Below are positions 19,150-29,354 of a stretch of DNA of 64,000 nucleotides, piece by piece. Within the stretch, counting starts at the first letter, position 1. Every line of letters begins with the position of its first letter. Location: assembly GCA_045635645.1 (NCBI GenBank), contig JAZTWB010000036.1, positions 5,965 to 69,964 on the forward strand, written 5' to 3'. This DNA comes from Faecousia sp. Its GTDB lineage: Bacteria > Bacillota > Clostridia > Oscillospirales > Oscillospiraceae. The notes beneath the pieces are model-generated. The model worked only from the letters and a program-made list of their open reading frames with translations. It was not told the origin of the DNA and searched no databases. Both the position numbers and the translations under genes were made by a program.

Positions 19150-20580
19150 TTATTTTCCGGACAGGGCTTCTTCCTTGTCGTGCTCCTCGTGCATTTTGTG
19201 GAGCAGCTCTTCTTTCTTGCGCTCGTTTTCCTCCACCTTGTCAAAGCCCTCGGTGCTCTCCTTGGTGAGCATAATGCGAATGGTCATCAAAATCAGCTTG
19301 ATGTCTAAGATAAGGGAGTAGTTTTCAATATACATCAGGTCCAGACGGAGCTTGTCGTAGGGAGAGGTGTTGTACTTTCCGTAGACCTGGGCGTAGCCGG
19401 TGAGACCGCCCTTGATTTTGGTGCGGAAATCGAATTCGGGAATCTCCGCGCCGTACTTTTCCATATGCTCCACACGCTCCGGGCGGGGACCGACGATGCT
19501 CATATCGCCCTTAATGATGTTCAGCAGCTGGGGCAGCTCGTCCAAACGGGTGGCGCGGGTAAACCGGCCAACCTTGGTGATTCTGGGGTCCCGGTCGGTG
19601 GCGGGAATGGAGATGCCCTCCTTTTCCGCGTCCACAATCATACTGCGGAACTTGAGAATATCAAACACCGTGCCGTCCAATGTTGCCCGGGCCTGCTTGT
19701 AGAACACGGGGCCGCCGTCTTCCAGCTTGATGGCCAGAGCCACCAGCAGCATAATGGGCGCGGCAATAATGGCAACGGGAATACAAATCAGCAAATCCAT
19801 AATCCGCTTGCAAATCCGCTGGGAGGGGGTCAGACCGTTGCCCTTGACCAGCAGCAGCGGCGTGTCGAACAGGGAGATGTCGGTAGCGCCACGGACAATG
19901 ATGTCAGTCAGCTTAGGGGTGACGTAGGCGCGGATTTTGTTGCGGTAGCAGAATTTCAGAATGTCGTTGCGAATCTGGGCGGCGCAGTCGTTAATGATGA
20001 CCGCGTCATACTTGACAATTTGCTCGCAGATACTCTCAAAGCCGTCCTCTACGGAGATAATCTTGGAGATGTGGTACTTGTCGGGGCGGGTTTCCATTTT
20101 GAATTTCAGGGTGACCGCATCGTCCCGACCCAGAATCATTACCATACGCTTGGGAATGTAGATGCGGTGGTACAGCCAGGAGAAAAAGATCACGCAGAAC
20201 AGGGAAACCACCGCGCCCACTACCAACAGCATTAGCATCGGCATAGGAGAAATCAGCACATTGGCGATAAGGCACAGCTGCCAATAGGTGATAAAATTGG
20301 CGATAAACAGGGAAATCATTTGGGACAGCAGTACTTCGGACATCTTAAGATATCCGAATTTAAAGCCGTCAAAGGCGAAAAACAGCACCAGCGTCAGCAG
20401 TGCGTACACGCCGGTAAGCACGTACTTGCCGTAGCCGAAATAGGCGGGAAACAGGTCTGGCTCATAGCCGTGCCGCCATACCAGATAGTAGGCGCAGGCC
20501 AGTGCAAAAATTTCCAAAAAACCTTCTGCAGTACGAATTAAGCTTTTTACGCCGGAGATTTGTTTCTTTTTGTGCTCCAT
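19150..20580 (-). CDS. Priming undecaprenyl-phosphate glycosylphosphotransferase (CpsE/WcaJ-like)
   Basis: Four N-terminal TMs; KFRSM, DPRITKVG, RLDELPQ, GDMSIVGPRPE, GLTGYAQV. Confidence 0.93.
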   Translation of the reverse strand: MEHKKKQISGVKSLIRTAEGFLEIFALACAYYLVWRHGYEPDLFPAYFGYGKYVLTGVYALLTLVLFFAFDGFKFGYLKMSEVLLSQMISLFIANFITYWQLCLIANVLISPMPMLMLLVVGAVVSLFCVIFFSWLYHRIYIPKRMVMILGRDDAVTLKFKMETRPDKYHISKIISVEDGFESICEQIVKYDAVIINDCAAQIRNDILKFCYRNKIRAYVTPKLTDIIVRGATDISLFDTPLLLVKGNGLTPSQRICKRIMDLLICIPVAIIAAPIMLLVALAIKLEDGGPVFYKQARATLDGTVFDILKFRSMIVDAEKEGISIPATDRDPRITKVGRFTRATRLDELPQLLNIIKGDMSIVGPRPERVEHMEKYGAEIPEFDFRTKIKGGLTGYAQVYGKYNTSPYDKLRLDLMYIENYSLILDIKLILMTIRIMLTKESTEGFDKVEENERKKEELLHKMHEEHDKEEALSGK

Positions 20581-20662
20581 AGTAATATACTCACTCTCTG
20601 TTTTATTTTTGAAACATTGACCGTACGGTCAGTGCGTAACTGAGTCATTATAAGCCGACTGT

Positions 20663-20691
20663 ATTATAGCATATGATGCCGCAATTTGCAA
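20663..20691 (-). promoter_or_regulatory. Sigma-A promoter of the polysaccharide operon
   Basis: Minus strand TTGCAA-17 bp-TATAAT with extended TG. Confidence 0.65.
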
Positions 20692-20774
20692 CCTTTTGGG
20701 GGAAATTGCGGTCAGGGAAAGAAAAACAGAAATAGGATTTTTTGAAATGCAAGAAAAAAACCGGGCATATCCTT

Positions 20775-21049
20775 GGGCAACACTCCATAAGGAAGTAATG
20801 CCCGAAAAGGCGTATATTCCCGCCATTCGGCGTTAAAAATGCTCAAAATACACCAAGTATTTCTGCGCTTTTTGCCTTGAATGGCAGAAATCTCCATCCT
20901 TTTCGGGTGCTACGCAGTTTTGAAGTGGTAATTTTTTTGATTAACAAATAACAAAATCTCCGGAATACTGACGTATTTCGGAGATTTTTTATGCAGTTAA
21001 GCGAAAAAGGGACCGTTCAAAACCAATACTTCCTTATGGAGCGTTGCCC
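20775..21049. mobile_element. MITE-like non-coding element, copy 1
   Basis: Terminal inverted repeats GGGCAACACTCCATAAGGAAGTA / TACTTCCTTATGGAGCGTTGCCC; homologous to 39710-39986; no credible ORF. Confidence 0.75.
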
Positions 21050-21069
21050 TTGATATACCCGGTAAAAAG

Positions 21070-22599
21070 TCAAATTCTGGCATTTTCCATTGTTTTTCCC
21101 AAGGAGTAGTAGAACACACTGTCTCTTGCCGGTGACAGCTGGGAAATCAGTCCGCGGGTGGCGTAGACCGCGTAGCTGCGGAACAGCACGGGACACAGCA
21201 GTCCCTGGTCCATCACGGTTTTGTGCAGGGTAAAGTAGTTGCCGTGGTTTTCCAGCGCCTGCAGACTCAGCGCGTAGGCGCCCAAATCGTTTACGCCGCC
21301 CCAGCTAAGGGCGCCGTAGGTGGCGAAGAAGGCGGACAGGTCCATATTGGGCGACAGACGGGTCTGGCCCAAATAGATGTCGTAATTGCGGTATTTCAGC
21401 GCCTCGGTGTAGGCGTTGCCGGAAAGCTGCTTCATTTCCACTTCCAGACCGCCGGCTTCTATCATTTCGGCAATGTGACGCGCCACACGCAGCCGCAGGC
21501 TGTCGTCGCTGTTGACCAAAAATACCACCTTGCTGCCCACCATACCGGCGCTGCTGACCGCTTCGGCAAATTTTGCGCCGTCATAGCGGTAGCGCTGGGC
21601 AAGGCTCTGGCTGTAGTAGGGAAACAGCGGGGACGCGGGCAAGGTTGCGCTGCGGGCAAAGCCCCGGTAGTATTCCTCTACCAGCAGATCCCGGTCGATG
21701 GCGTAGGTCAGACCGATGCGGATTAAATCCTTGGAGAAGACCTCGCTGTCGGCGCTGGTGGCAAGGTACAGGAAAATGCCGTTTTCGCAGTCCCACAGCT
21801 CATAGTCGCAGCGGTAGTCGGCGTACCGGTCGGAGCCGGGGTCGGCGCATACTAAGGACAGGTCGAAAAATTCAAACTGATCCCGGATATGGGTGGTAGA
21901 CTCCGCGGCAAACAGGGTAATCGTGTCGGCGGCAATGGGCATTTGGGGGCTACACCACCAGTCGGTGCGCTTGCGCAGACTCTCCCCGCCGGCGGCGGAC
22001 ACCAGTACATACGGACCGGTGCCGATGGGGCGCTCCAAATCCACCTGCGATGCCTTGACAATGGGAATGTCCAATAGCAGCGGCAGATTTTCCATAGGGG
22101 TGTCCAGATTTAAGGTAATGCTGTCACTGCCTGCAACAATCTCCGTGATATGGAGAAAACGGCCGCTGTAAAAAACACTCTGCCGGGCAGCCTCCAAACT
22201 GGCATATACGTCCTCCACCGTCAGCACAGTGCCGTCGGAGAAGGTGGCATTTTCCAGATAGAAGGTGTAGCTCTTTGCGTCCTCCGTGGCGGAGTAGCTT
22301 TTGCACAGCTGGGGCTCGGTGACGTAATTTCTGTCGGAAACGAACAGGCTTTGATACAGAAGGGTAAGCAGCGCCCGGTTGGTAAAATCGGTGCACAGGT
22401 AGGGATTTAAGGAACGCTCGGCATAGTAAGGCAGACGCAGCTGCTTGGCCTGCTCCTCCTGGGGCGGGGCAATATGCTCGCCGGTGTAGTTTTCGTCATA
22501 GTTTAGACCGTCGCCGGTGGGGGTGTACTGACCGCCGCTGCCCTTGCAGCCGGCAAGACACAGACACAGGCATAAAATCAGCGCTAAGAGCCGTTTCAT
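21070..22599 (-). CDS. Orphan ABC transporter substrate-binding lipoprotein (family 5)
   Basis: Lipobox LAGC, LNPY, FSDGT.LTVEDV, PIGTGPY, YAIDR. Confidence 0.85.
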   Translation of the reverse strand: MKRLLALILCLCLCLAGCKGSGGQYTPTGDGLNYDENYTGEHIAPPQEEQAKQLRLPYYAERSLNPYLCTDFTNRALLTLLYQSLFVSDRNYVTEPQLCKSYSATEDAKSYTFYLENATFSDGTVLTVEDVYASLEAARQSVFYSGRFLHITEIVAGSDSITLNLDTPMENLPLLLDIPIVKASQVDLERPIGTGPYVLVSAAGGESLRKRTDWWCSPQMPIAADTITLFAAESTTHIRDQFEFFDLSLVCADPGSDRYADYRCDYELWDCENGIFLYLATSADSEVFSKDLIRIGLTYAIDRDLLVEEYYRGFARSATLPASPLFPYYSQSLAQRYRYDGAKFAEAVSSAGMVGSKVVFLVNSDDSLRLRVARHIAEMIEAGGLEVEMKQLSGNAYTEALKYRNYDIYLGQTRLSPNMDLSAFFATYGALSWGGVNDLGAYALSLQALENHGNYFTLHKTVMDQGLLCPVLFRSYAVYATRGLISQLSPARDSVFYYSLGKTMENARI

Positions 22600-22628
22600 A
22601 AAATCCCTCCCTTCTGTAGAAATTGTTT

Positions 22629-25367
22629 TTACATATCGGTGGTTTTGTCCTTCTGCATACAGCACTTTTTGTACTTTTTACCGCTGCCGCAGGGACAGGG
22701 GTCGTTGGGACCCACCTTGTTGGAGACCTTCACAGGCTGCTTCTTCACGGACGTGTCCGCAGCGCCCACGGCGCCGGTCTCCTTGGCGACTTTCTCCCGC
22801 TTTACCTCCTGCGCAGGACGCAGCTGCACCAGGAACAGCCGGCGGACGGTCTCCTCCCGAATGGAATTGACCATTGCCTCGAACATCTGGTAGCCCTCTT
22901 CCTTGTAGGCGATGACCGGGTCGTGCTGACCGTAGGCCCGCAGACCGATGCCCTGCTTCAAATCGTCCATCGCGTCGATGTTGTCCATCCAGTACTCGTC
23001 CACCACCCGGAGCATAATCACCCGCTCTAATTCCCGCATCGTGGCTTCGCCCACACGGGTTTCTTTCTGGCGGTAGGTTTCCAGCGCCAGGTCATAAATA
23101 TTCTCAGACAGCTCTGCGGGGGTATCACCTGCCAAGGGCGTGCCGGCGGGGAAATAGATGCCGCTTAAGGACTTACCCAGCGCGGAAAGACAGTCGCTGT
23201 CAATCTGACCGCCGGTCTCAGCGGTGGCGTCGGCCACGGCAGAATCGATTACGTTGCGGAGCATACCCAGAACGCTTTCCTGCAAATCCTCTCCGTCCAG
23301 CACCTTCTGCCGCTGGGCGTAGATGACCTCCCGCTGGGTGTTCATCACGTTGTCGTACTCCAGCACATTCTTTCTGGAGCGGAAGTTCCGGCTCTCCACA
23401 CTGCGCTGGGCGTTTTCCACCGCGCCGGAGAGCATTTTTGCGTCAATGGGGGTGTCCTCGTCTAAGCCTAAAGAGTCCATAATGCCCATAATCCGGTCCG
23501 AGGAGAACAGGCGCATCAAATCGTCCTGCAGGCTCAAATAGAACTTGCTTTCGCCCGGGTCACCCTGACGGCCGGAACGGCCGCGAAGCTGGTTGTCAAT
23601 CCGGCGGGATTCGTGGCGCTCGGTGCCGATGATGAACAGGCCGCCCGCGTCACGCACCTTCTGGGCCTCCTCGGCCATTTCGGCTTTGTACTTGGCAAGA
23701 AGCTCTGCATAATGCTTGCGCACGGCAAGGATTTCGCTATCTTCGGTTTCGGAGTAGGCGTTTGCCTGGGCAATCAGCTCTTCGGCAAGACCTTCCTTGC
23801 GCAGGTCACTCAGCGCCATAAATTCCGGGTTGCCGCCCAGCATAATGTCCGTGCCGCGGCCTGCCATATTGGTGGCGATGGTCACTGCACCGAATTTGCC
23901 CGCCTGGGCAACAATCTGGGCTTCCTGCTCGTGGAACTTGGCGTTAAGCACGTTGTGGGGAATACCCGTGCGCTTGAGAAGCTTGCTTAAAAGCTCACTT
24001 TTTTCAATGGAGACCGTGCACACCAGCCCCGGCTGATCCTTTTCGTGGCAGGCGGCCGCCTGGGCGATGATGGCGCGGAATTTGCCCGCTTCGGTTTTGT
24101 AAACTGCATCGTGGCGGTCGATTCTGGCAACCGGGCGGTTGGTGGGAATCTCCACCACGTCCAGCCGGTAAATGGCGGCAAATTCCTCTTCCTCGGTCAG
24201 CGCCGTACCGGTCATACCGGAGAGCTTGTCATACAGCCGGAAGAAGTTCTGGAAGGTGATGGTGGCAAGGGTCTTGCTCTCCTCGGCAACCCGCACCCGC
24301 TCCTTGGCCTCGATGGCCTGATGCAGACCCTCGTTGTACCGTCTGCCGTACATCAGTCGGCCGGTGAATTCGTCGACAATGATAATCTCCCCGTCTTTAA
24401 TCACGTAGTCGATGTCCCGCTTCATAAGACCACGGGCCTTCATCGCCTGGTTCACGTGGTGGGAGATGGTGGTATTTTCCGGGTCGGCAAGGTTTTCAAT
24501 GCCGAAGAACTTCTCCGCCTTGGCAATACCGCTGGCGGTGAGGGAGACAGAGCGGGATTTTTCGTCTACAATGTAGTCGCAGTCGTAGTTGTCCTGCTCC
24601 TCTTTTTCGTCAGTTTTGGCAAAGACCAGCTTTTTCATACCGGCAACCAGCATATCCGCCATTTCGTACAGCTTGGAGGAGTCCTCCCCCTTGCCGGAGA
24701 TAATCAGCGGCGTCCGGGCCTCGTCGATTAAAATGGAGTCCACCTCGTCCACAATGGCGAAGGCGTGTCCCCGCTGGACAAGCTCGGATTTGTAGATAGC
24801 CATATTGTCCCGCAGGTAGTCAAAGCCCAGCTCGTTGTTGGTGCAGTAGGTGATGTCGGCGGCGTAGGCCTCCCGCCGCTGGGCGGGGGTCATACCCGGC
24901 ACTACCAGACCCACGGACAGGCCCATAAACCGGTGGACCTTACCCATCCACTGGGAGTCGCGGGTGGCAAGGTAGTCGTTGACGGTGACCACGTGAACGC
25001 CCCGTCCGGTGAGTGCGTTCAAATAGCAGGGCAGAACAGCCACCAGCGTCTTGCCCTCGCCGGTCTTCATTTCCGCAATGCGGCCTTGGTGGAGAACGAT
25101 ACCGCCGATGAGCTGCACAGGATACGGGCGCATACCCAGCACCCGCCAGGCGGCCTCCCGAATGGCGGCAAAGGCCTCGGGGAGAATGTCGTCCAAGGTC
25201 TCGCCTTGGGCAAGACGTGCCTTAAAAAGGGCGGTTTTGCCCTGTAATTGCTCCTGAGAAAGGGCTTTGTATTCTTCCTCCAGTGCCAGAATTTGGTCGA
25301 TTAGAGGTTGGATTTTTTTGATTTCCCGCTCCGAGCGGGTGCCGAACAGCTTGGAAATGAGTCCCAT
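22629..25367 (-). CDS. secA: Preprotein translocase SecA
   Basis: [69 protein letters not shown]. Confidence 0.98.
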   Translation of the reverse strand: MGLISKLFGTRSEREIKKIQPLIDQILALEEEYKALSQEQLQGKTALFKARLAQGETLDDILPEAFAAIREAAWRVLGMRPYPVQLIGGIVLHQGRIAEMKTGEGKTLVAVLPCYLNALTGRGVHVVTVNDYLATRDSQWMGKVHRFMGLSVGLVVPGMTPAQRREAYAADITYCTNNELGFDYLRDNMAIYKSELVQRGHAFAIVDEVDSILIDEARTPLIISGKGEDSSKLYEMADMLVAGMKKLVFAKTDEKEEQDNYDCDYIVDEKSRSVSLTASGIAKAEKFFGIENLADPENTTISHHVNQAMKARGLMKRDIDYVIKDGEIIIVDEFTGRLMYGRRYNEGLHQAIEAKERVRVAEESKTLATITFQNFFRLYDKLSGMTGTALTEEEEFAAIYRLDVVEIPTNRPVARIDRHDAVYKTEAGKFRAIIAQAAACHEKDQPGLVCTVSIEKSELLSKLLKRTGIPHNVLNAKFHEQEAQIVAQAGKFGAVTIATNMAGRGTDIMLGGNPEFMALSDLRKEGLAEELIAQANAYSETEDSEILAVRKHYAELLAKYKAEMAEEAQKVRDAGGLFIIGTERHESRRIDNQLRGRSGRQGDPGESKFYLSLQDDLMRLFSSDRIMGIMDSLGLDEDTPIDAKMLSGAVENAQRSVESRNFRSRKNVLEYDNVMNTQREVIYAQRQKVLDGEDLQESVLGMLRNVIDSAVADATAETGGQIDSDCLSALGKSLSGIYFPAGTPLAGDTPAELSENIYDLALETYRQKETRVGEATMRELERVIMLRVVDEYWMDNIDAMDDLKQGIGLRAYGQHDPVIAYKEEGYQMFEAMVNSIREETVRRLFLVQLRPAQEVKREKVAKETGAVGAADTSVKKQPVKVSNKVGPNDPCPCGSGKKYKKCCMQKDKTTDM

Positions 25368-25454
25368 ATTGCGCTCCTTTGGGCATAATTTTTCTCATTA
25401 TAACACACTTGCGCGGAAAATAATAGAAGAATTTGTGAATACGGCAAAAAAGAA

Positions 25455-25481
25455 GCAGGGGTGAGCAACACTCACCCCTGC
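25455..25481 (-). terminator. Intrinsic terminator after tcdA
   Basis: GCAGGGGTGAG-CAACA-CTCACCCCTGC stem followed by a T-rich tract on the minus strand. Confidence 0.7.
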
Positions 25482-26203
25482 AGATTCGCAATGTCTTTTA
25501 TTACTTCGCCGGCGATAATCATACCCGCGGCGGCGGGCACAAAGCACACCGAGCCGGGCAGGGCGTTGCGTCCCTCCGGCAGCTCCGCCCACGCCGGGTC
25601 GTCCGGCGGCAGGTCGGGACAAATGGGGTCTTCCGTGGAATAGACCACCTTCAGCCGGTCAATGCCCCGCTTTTTGCACTCCTTGCGGATAATCCGTGCC
25701 AGCGGACACACAGAGGTTTGGGAAATATCCGCCACACGGAAGGCGGTGGGGTCTAATTTGTTGCCGGTGCCCATAGAGCTGATAATGGGCGTGCCTGCGG
25801 CCTTTGCCGCTTGAATCAGCATCAGCTTTCCGGTGACGGTGTCAATGGCGTCCACCACGTAATCGTACCCAGAAAAGTCAAATTCCCCCGCTGTCTCCGG
25901 CAGATAGAAGGTCTTTCTGGGGTGGACGCGGATTTCGGGATTGATGGCGCGAACACGCTCCGCGGCGGCAAACACCTTGTCCTGCCCCACGGTTTCCCGG
26001 GTGGCAAGAATCTGCCGGTTGATATTACTCAGGCTGACGGTGTCGTGATCCACAAGGGTCAGTTCTCCGATGCCGCTGCGGGCAAGGGCTTCCGCCACAT
26101 AACCGCCCACACCGCCTAAGCCGAACAGCGCCACGTGGGCATCGCGGAGCTTATCCATCGCGTTCTCCCCCAGCAGAAACCGGGTACGGGAATAGGGATC
26201 CAT
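25472..26203 (-). CDS. tcdA: tRNA threonylcarbamoyladenosine dehydratase (ThiF family)
   Basis: GLGGVG, DHDTVSLSNINRQ, DAID, SMGTGNKLDP, CPLAR, VVYSTE. Confidence 0.88.
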   Translation of the reverse strand: MDPYSRTRFLLGENAMDKLRDAHVALFGLGGVGGYVAEALARSGIGELTLVDHDTVSLSNINRQILATRETVGQDKVFAAAERVRAINPEIRVHPRKTFYLPETAGEFDFSGYDYVVDAIDTVTGKLMLIQAAKAAGTPIISSMGTGNKLDPTAFRVADISQTSVCPLARIIRKECKKRGIDRLKVVYSTEDPICPDLPPDDPAWAELPEGRNALPGSVCFVPAAAGMIIAGEVIKDIANLQG

Positions 26204-26315
26204 AGCTATCCCTCCTTTTGAAAGTATCCTATCACAATTCCCAAAAAGTGTCAAACAGAGGTTGAAACTTCCCCCCGTTTGCGGTATGATACCCGTTAGA
26301 AAGGATCGTGATACT

Positions 26316-26876
26316 GTGAAAAACCGATATAAGGAACTTTGGAAGGTGTTTGCCACCTTTTTCAAAATCGGCGCGTTTACCTTCGGCGGCGGCTATGCGA
26401 TGATTCCGCTGATTCAGAAGGAAGCGGTGGAGACCCACGGCTGGGTCACAGACGAGGATATTCTGGACATCATCGCCATCGCCGAATCCACCCCCGGCCC
26501 CATCGCCATCAACTCGGCCACCTTCGTGGGCTACCGCACCTGCGGCGTGCTTGGCTCTGTGTGCGCCACCCTGGGCGTGGTGCTGCCGTCCTTTGTGCTG
26601 ATATATGCCATTTCCTTTGTGCTGAGCCGTTTTCAGGAGCTGAAGGCGGTGCAGTACGCTTTCCACGGCATTCGCGCCGGTGTGCTGGCGCTGCTGTGCA
26701 AGGCGCTGTGGGGTATGTACAAGAAGAACAAGAAAAACGCCGTGGCGTATATCATTATGGCAGGCTCGTTCCTGCTGACCGCTGTGCTGGACGTAAGTGT
26801 CCTGCCGGTGCTCATTGGCTGCGCGGTCTTTGGCCTTGTCACGGCAAAGGCGATGGAAAGGCGGGTGCAGAAATGA
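26316..26876 (+). CDS. Chromate transporter family (short-chain CHR) subunit 1
   Basis: FFKIGAFTFGGGYAM, AESTPGPIAIN; GTG start. Confidence 0.9.
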   Translation: MKNRYKELWKVFATFFKIGAFTFGGGYAMIPLIQKEAVETHGWVTDEDILDIIAIAESTPGPIAINSATFVGYRTCGVLGSVCATLGVVLPSFVLIYAISFVLSRFQELKAVQYAFHGIRAGVLALLCKALWGMYKKNKKNAVAYIIMAGSFLLTAVLDVSVLPVLIGCAVFGLVTAKAMERRVQK

Positions 26877-27445
26877 TTTATTTGGAGTTATTTTTCACCT
26901 TCTTTATGATTGGCGCGTTCACCTTTGGCGGCGGCTACGCGATGCTGCCGCTGATGCAGGAGCAGGTGGCAAAGCACTGGGGGGATATTATCTCCCAGGA
27001 GACCATCACAAACTTTATTGCCGTCAGTGAATCCACCCCCGGCCCGTTCGCTGTCAATATGGCAACCTACATCGGCTCGGAGGTGGGCGGACTGCTTGGC
27101 TCTGCCTGCGCCACCTTAGGTGTGGTTGTACCCAGCTTTGTGGTGATACTGATTGTTGCCAAGTGCTACGAAAAGTTTCAAAGCTCCGCTGTGGTCAAGG
27201 GCTGTATGACCGGACTTAAGCCTGCGGTGGTGGGACTTATCGGCGGGGCAATTTTGTCCGTGGCGGCAGAGGTGTTCTTCCCGAGCGGCGTGACCCTTGC
27301 CCGGCTGCAGACACCGTCTGTGTATTTGTCGTTAGGCATTTTTGCCGTGACGCTGACGCTGGCACTGAAAAAGGTCCACCCGATTATTCTCATTGTGCTG
27401 TCCGCGGCTGCGGGCATCGCCATTGGCTACCTTGGATTATGGTAA
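26873..27445 (+). CDS. Chromate transporter family (short-chain CHR) subunit 2
   Basis: FTFGGGYAM, SESTPGPFAVN; ATGA overlap with the upstream paralogue. Confidence 0.9.
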   Translation: MIYLELFFTFFMIGAFTFGGGYAMLPLMQEQVAKHWGDIISQETITNFIAVSESTPGPFAVNMATYIGSEVGGLLGSACATLGVVVPSFVVILIVAKCYEKFQSSAVVKGCMTGLKPAVVGLIGGAILSVAAEVFFPSGVTLARLQTPSVYLSLGIFAVTLTLALKKVHPIILIVLSAAAGIAIGYLGLW

Positions 27446-27449
27446 AAAC

Positions 27450-27480
27450 AAGACCCCGCTGCACACGCAGCGGGGTCTTT
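27450..27480 (+). terminator. Intrinsic terminator
   Basis: AAGACCCCGCTGC-ACAC-GCAGCGGGGTCTT. Confidence 0.75.
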
Positions 27481-27610
27481 CGCAAAGAGAGATAAAAAAG
27501 AAGAGAGGTAGAAAGAGTGAAAGGGTTTCGTTCCTTTCACGTCCTATGGTAACGGGGGATTTTGAACACCCCGTGACGGAAATAAAAATATTTTGTGACG
27601 TTTTTTTGAA

Positions 27611-28306
27611 TCACAGCTCCAGCATCTGGGCAAGGCGGGAAATGAAGGATTTGTTGGAAGGACAGGGAATCACCCCGTCCGGCTCTGGCGGGAAATACCG
27701 CGCCCACACACCGCGGTCCATATTCAGCCACGCCGACGAGATGGCCTTGCGAATGGAATGCTCTACTGTGCGGGCATCGGACAGTCCGAACTGCTTTGCA
27801 ACCACCGGATACAGCTCCTTGGACAGCCGCAGCTCGGGATTTTGGGCGTACAGGGGAATGGCGAAACACAGCTGGCGGTAGCCGTCCAAATGGGTGGCAA
27901 AGTCCAGCTCGTGGAGTCGTACCACCGTCTGCACCGTAATATCGTCTCTGGGCGCAATGGTGGCAGCCACCATATCCATCAGCCGAAGGCGCAGGGCGTG
28001 GACGGTGGGCATAATCATCAGATACTGAATTCCCACCGCCAAAGCGGTCTGCTCCACATAGGGATTCAGCAGCGAGGAGACCGCCAGAATCACCGGCGGC
28101 TTATACACGCTCTCCCGCAGCACGGTCAGTCCGTCCTTGTAAGGGAGCATCAGGTTGATAATCAGCACCTGGGGCTGGAGGGAGCGGAGCATATGCAGCG
28201 CCGATTCGCCGTCGCGGCAGATATGTATCTCAAATTCGCCGCCCAGCACGCGCTTGAGCGCGTCGGTGTACGGCTCGGATGAATCCGCAATCAGCAGCGT
28301 GTACAC
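27611..28306 (-). CDS. Spo0A-like regulator (receiver-like domain + Spo0A C-terminal DNA-binding domain)
   Basis: HLDGY...SKELYPVVAKQF...VEHSIRKAISSAW resembles the Spo0A C-domain; receiver fold at N-terminus; GTG start. Confidence 0.75.
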   Translation of the reverse strand: MYTLLIADSSEPYTDALKRVLGGEFEIHICRDGESALHMLRSLQPQVLIINLMLPYKDGLTVLRESVYKPPVILAVSSLLNPYVEQTALAVGIQYLMIMPTVHALRLRLMDMVAATIAPRDDITVQTVVRLHELDFATHLDGYRQLCFAIPLYAQNPELRLSKELYPVVAKQFGLSDARTVEHSIRKAISSAWLNMDRGVWARYFPPEPDGVIPCPSNKSFISRLAQMLEL

Positions 28307-28411
28307 ACAGCTCCCCCTTTCCGACTTTTCTCCCATAAGAATACCAGAGAAATGCCGTTGCCGCAAGGGTGCGGCCAATAAGATTTTTCGACAATTTTCG
28401 AGAATCCAAGT

Positions 28412-28446
28412 AAAACCGCCTCCCAATTGGTAAGGGAGGCGGTTTG
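28412..28446 (-). terminator. Intrinsic terminator after lgt
   Basis: AAACCGCCTCCC...GGGAGGCGGTTT. Confidence 0.7.
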
Positions 28447-28451
28447 GTGTG

Positions 28452-29354
28452 TTATTCCTCTGCGGGGATTTCTTCTTCCGGCACGTCTTCTTCGGAAATT
28501 TCTTCTTCCTTGGCAGCTTCCATAGCCGCAACGCGGTTTACATACAGCTTTGCGCTGTCGTGGGTGCGGAAGCTCTGCCAGACCAGAACCGCCACCGCGG
28601 CAAAGCAGCTGATTGCTGCCAGCAGCTGGCTGATGCGGAAAGGTCCCCAGTACAGACTGTCGGTGCGCAGACCCTCGATAAAGGTGCGGCCCAGACCGTA
28701 CCAGGCGGCGTAACCCAGAGCAATCTGTCCGTCGTATTTGCGCCGCTTGGACAGAAAGTGCAGCAGCACAAAGCCGACCAAATTCCACACCGACTCATAC
28801 AGGAAAGTGGGGTGATGGTAGGTGACAGTCCCGGTGGTGGCATTTTCCAGACCCATACGCAGGAAAAATTCCGTCTCCGCGCCGAAGGCCTCCCGGTTAA
28901 AGAAGTTGCCCCAGCGGCCGATGGACTGACCGATGAGGAAGCCTAAAGAGGTGATGTCCAGCGCCGTGCCGATGGGAATTTTCTTAATCAGGCAGTACAC
29001 CACAATGCCGATTGCCGCGCCGATGACACCGCCGTAAATGGCAAGACCGCCGTTCCAGATATACAGCACCTCGATGGGGTTTGCCTTGTACTGATTCCAG
29101 GAAAAGGCGCAGTAGTAGGCGCGGGCGCAGATAATGGCAAAGGGAATGATGCACAGAGCGCCGTCAAGAATATCGTCCTGTGTCAGACCGAACTGTTTGC
29201 CCCGCCGCAGGCCGTAGACCGCCGCCAGAATCAGACCCAGCGCAATCAAAAGGCCATAGTAGTACAGCGACAGCGGACCGATGTCCAGCTTGTAGTCGGG
29301 GTTGACGGAAATTCCCAGACCGGGGAATGAAATGGTAGCATACCGTATCAGCAT
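28452..29354 (-). CDS. lgt: Prolipoprotein diacylglyceryl transferase
   Basis: YYYG, GGLAIYGG, QSIGRWGNFFNREAFG, HPTFLYES, FIEGLRTD. Confidence 0.96.
   Translation of the reverse strand: MLIRYATISFPGLGISVNPDYKLDIGPLSLYYYGLLIALGLILAAVYGLRRGKQFGLTQDDILDGALCIIPFAIICARAYYCAFSWNQYKANPIEVLYIWNGGLAIYGGVIGAAIGIVVYCLIKKIPIGTALDITSLGFLIGQSIGRWGNFFNREAFGAETEFFLRMGLENATTGTVTYHHPTFLYESVWNLVGFVLLHFLSKRRKYDGQIALGYAAWYGLGRTFIEGLRTDSLYWGPFRISQLLAAISCFAAVAVLVWQSFRTHDSAKLYVNRVAAMEAAKEEEISEEDVPEEEIPAEE

Noticed and set aside
20629-20897. Short ORFs over MITE copy 1 (and 39649-39888 over copy 2)
   Set aside because: No RBS or transposase motifs, and the frames are not conserved between copies.
24013-24043. SecA motif KDQPGLVCT instead of KGQPVLVGT (also RfbB NFPAET, RfbC NDEDG)
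   Set aside because: Each is a single-base change in an otherwise canonical gene; consensus or sequencing error cannot be excluded without reads.
26339-26872. Apparent 368-aa chromate transporter in the ORF track
   Set aside because: The N-terminal half is an off-frame read of the upstream paralogue; the real start is ATG 26873.
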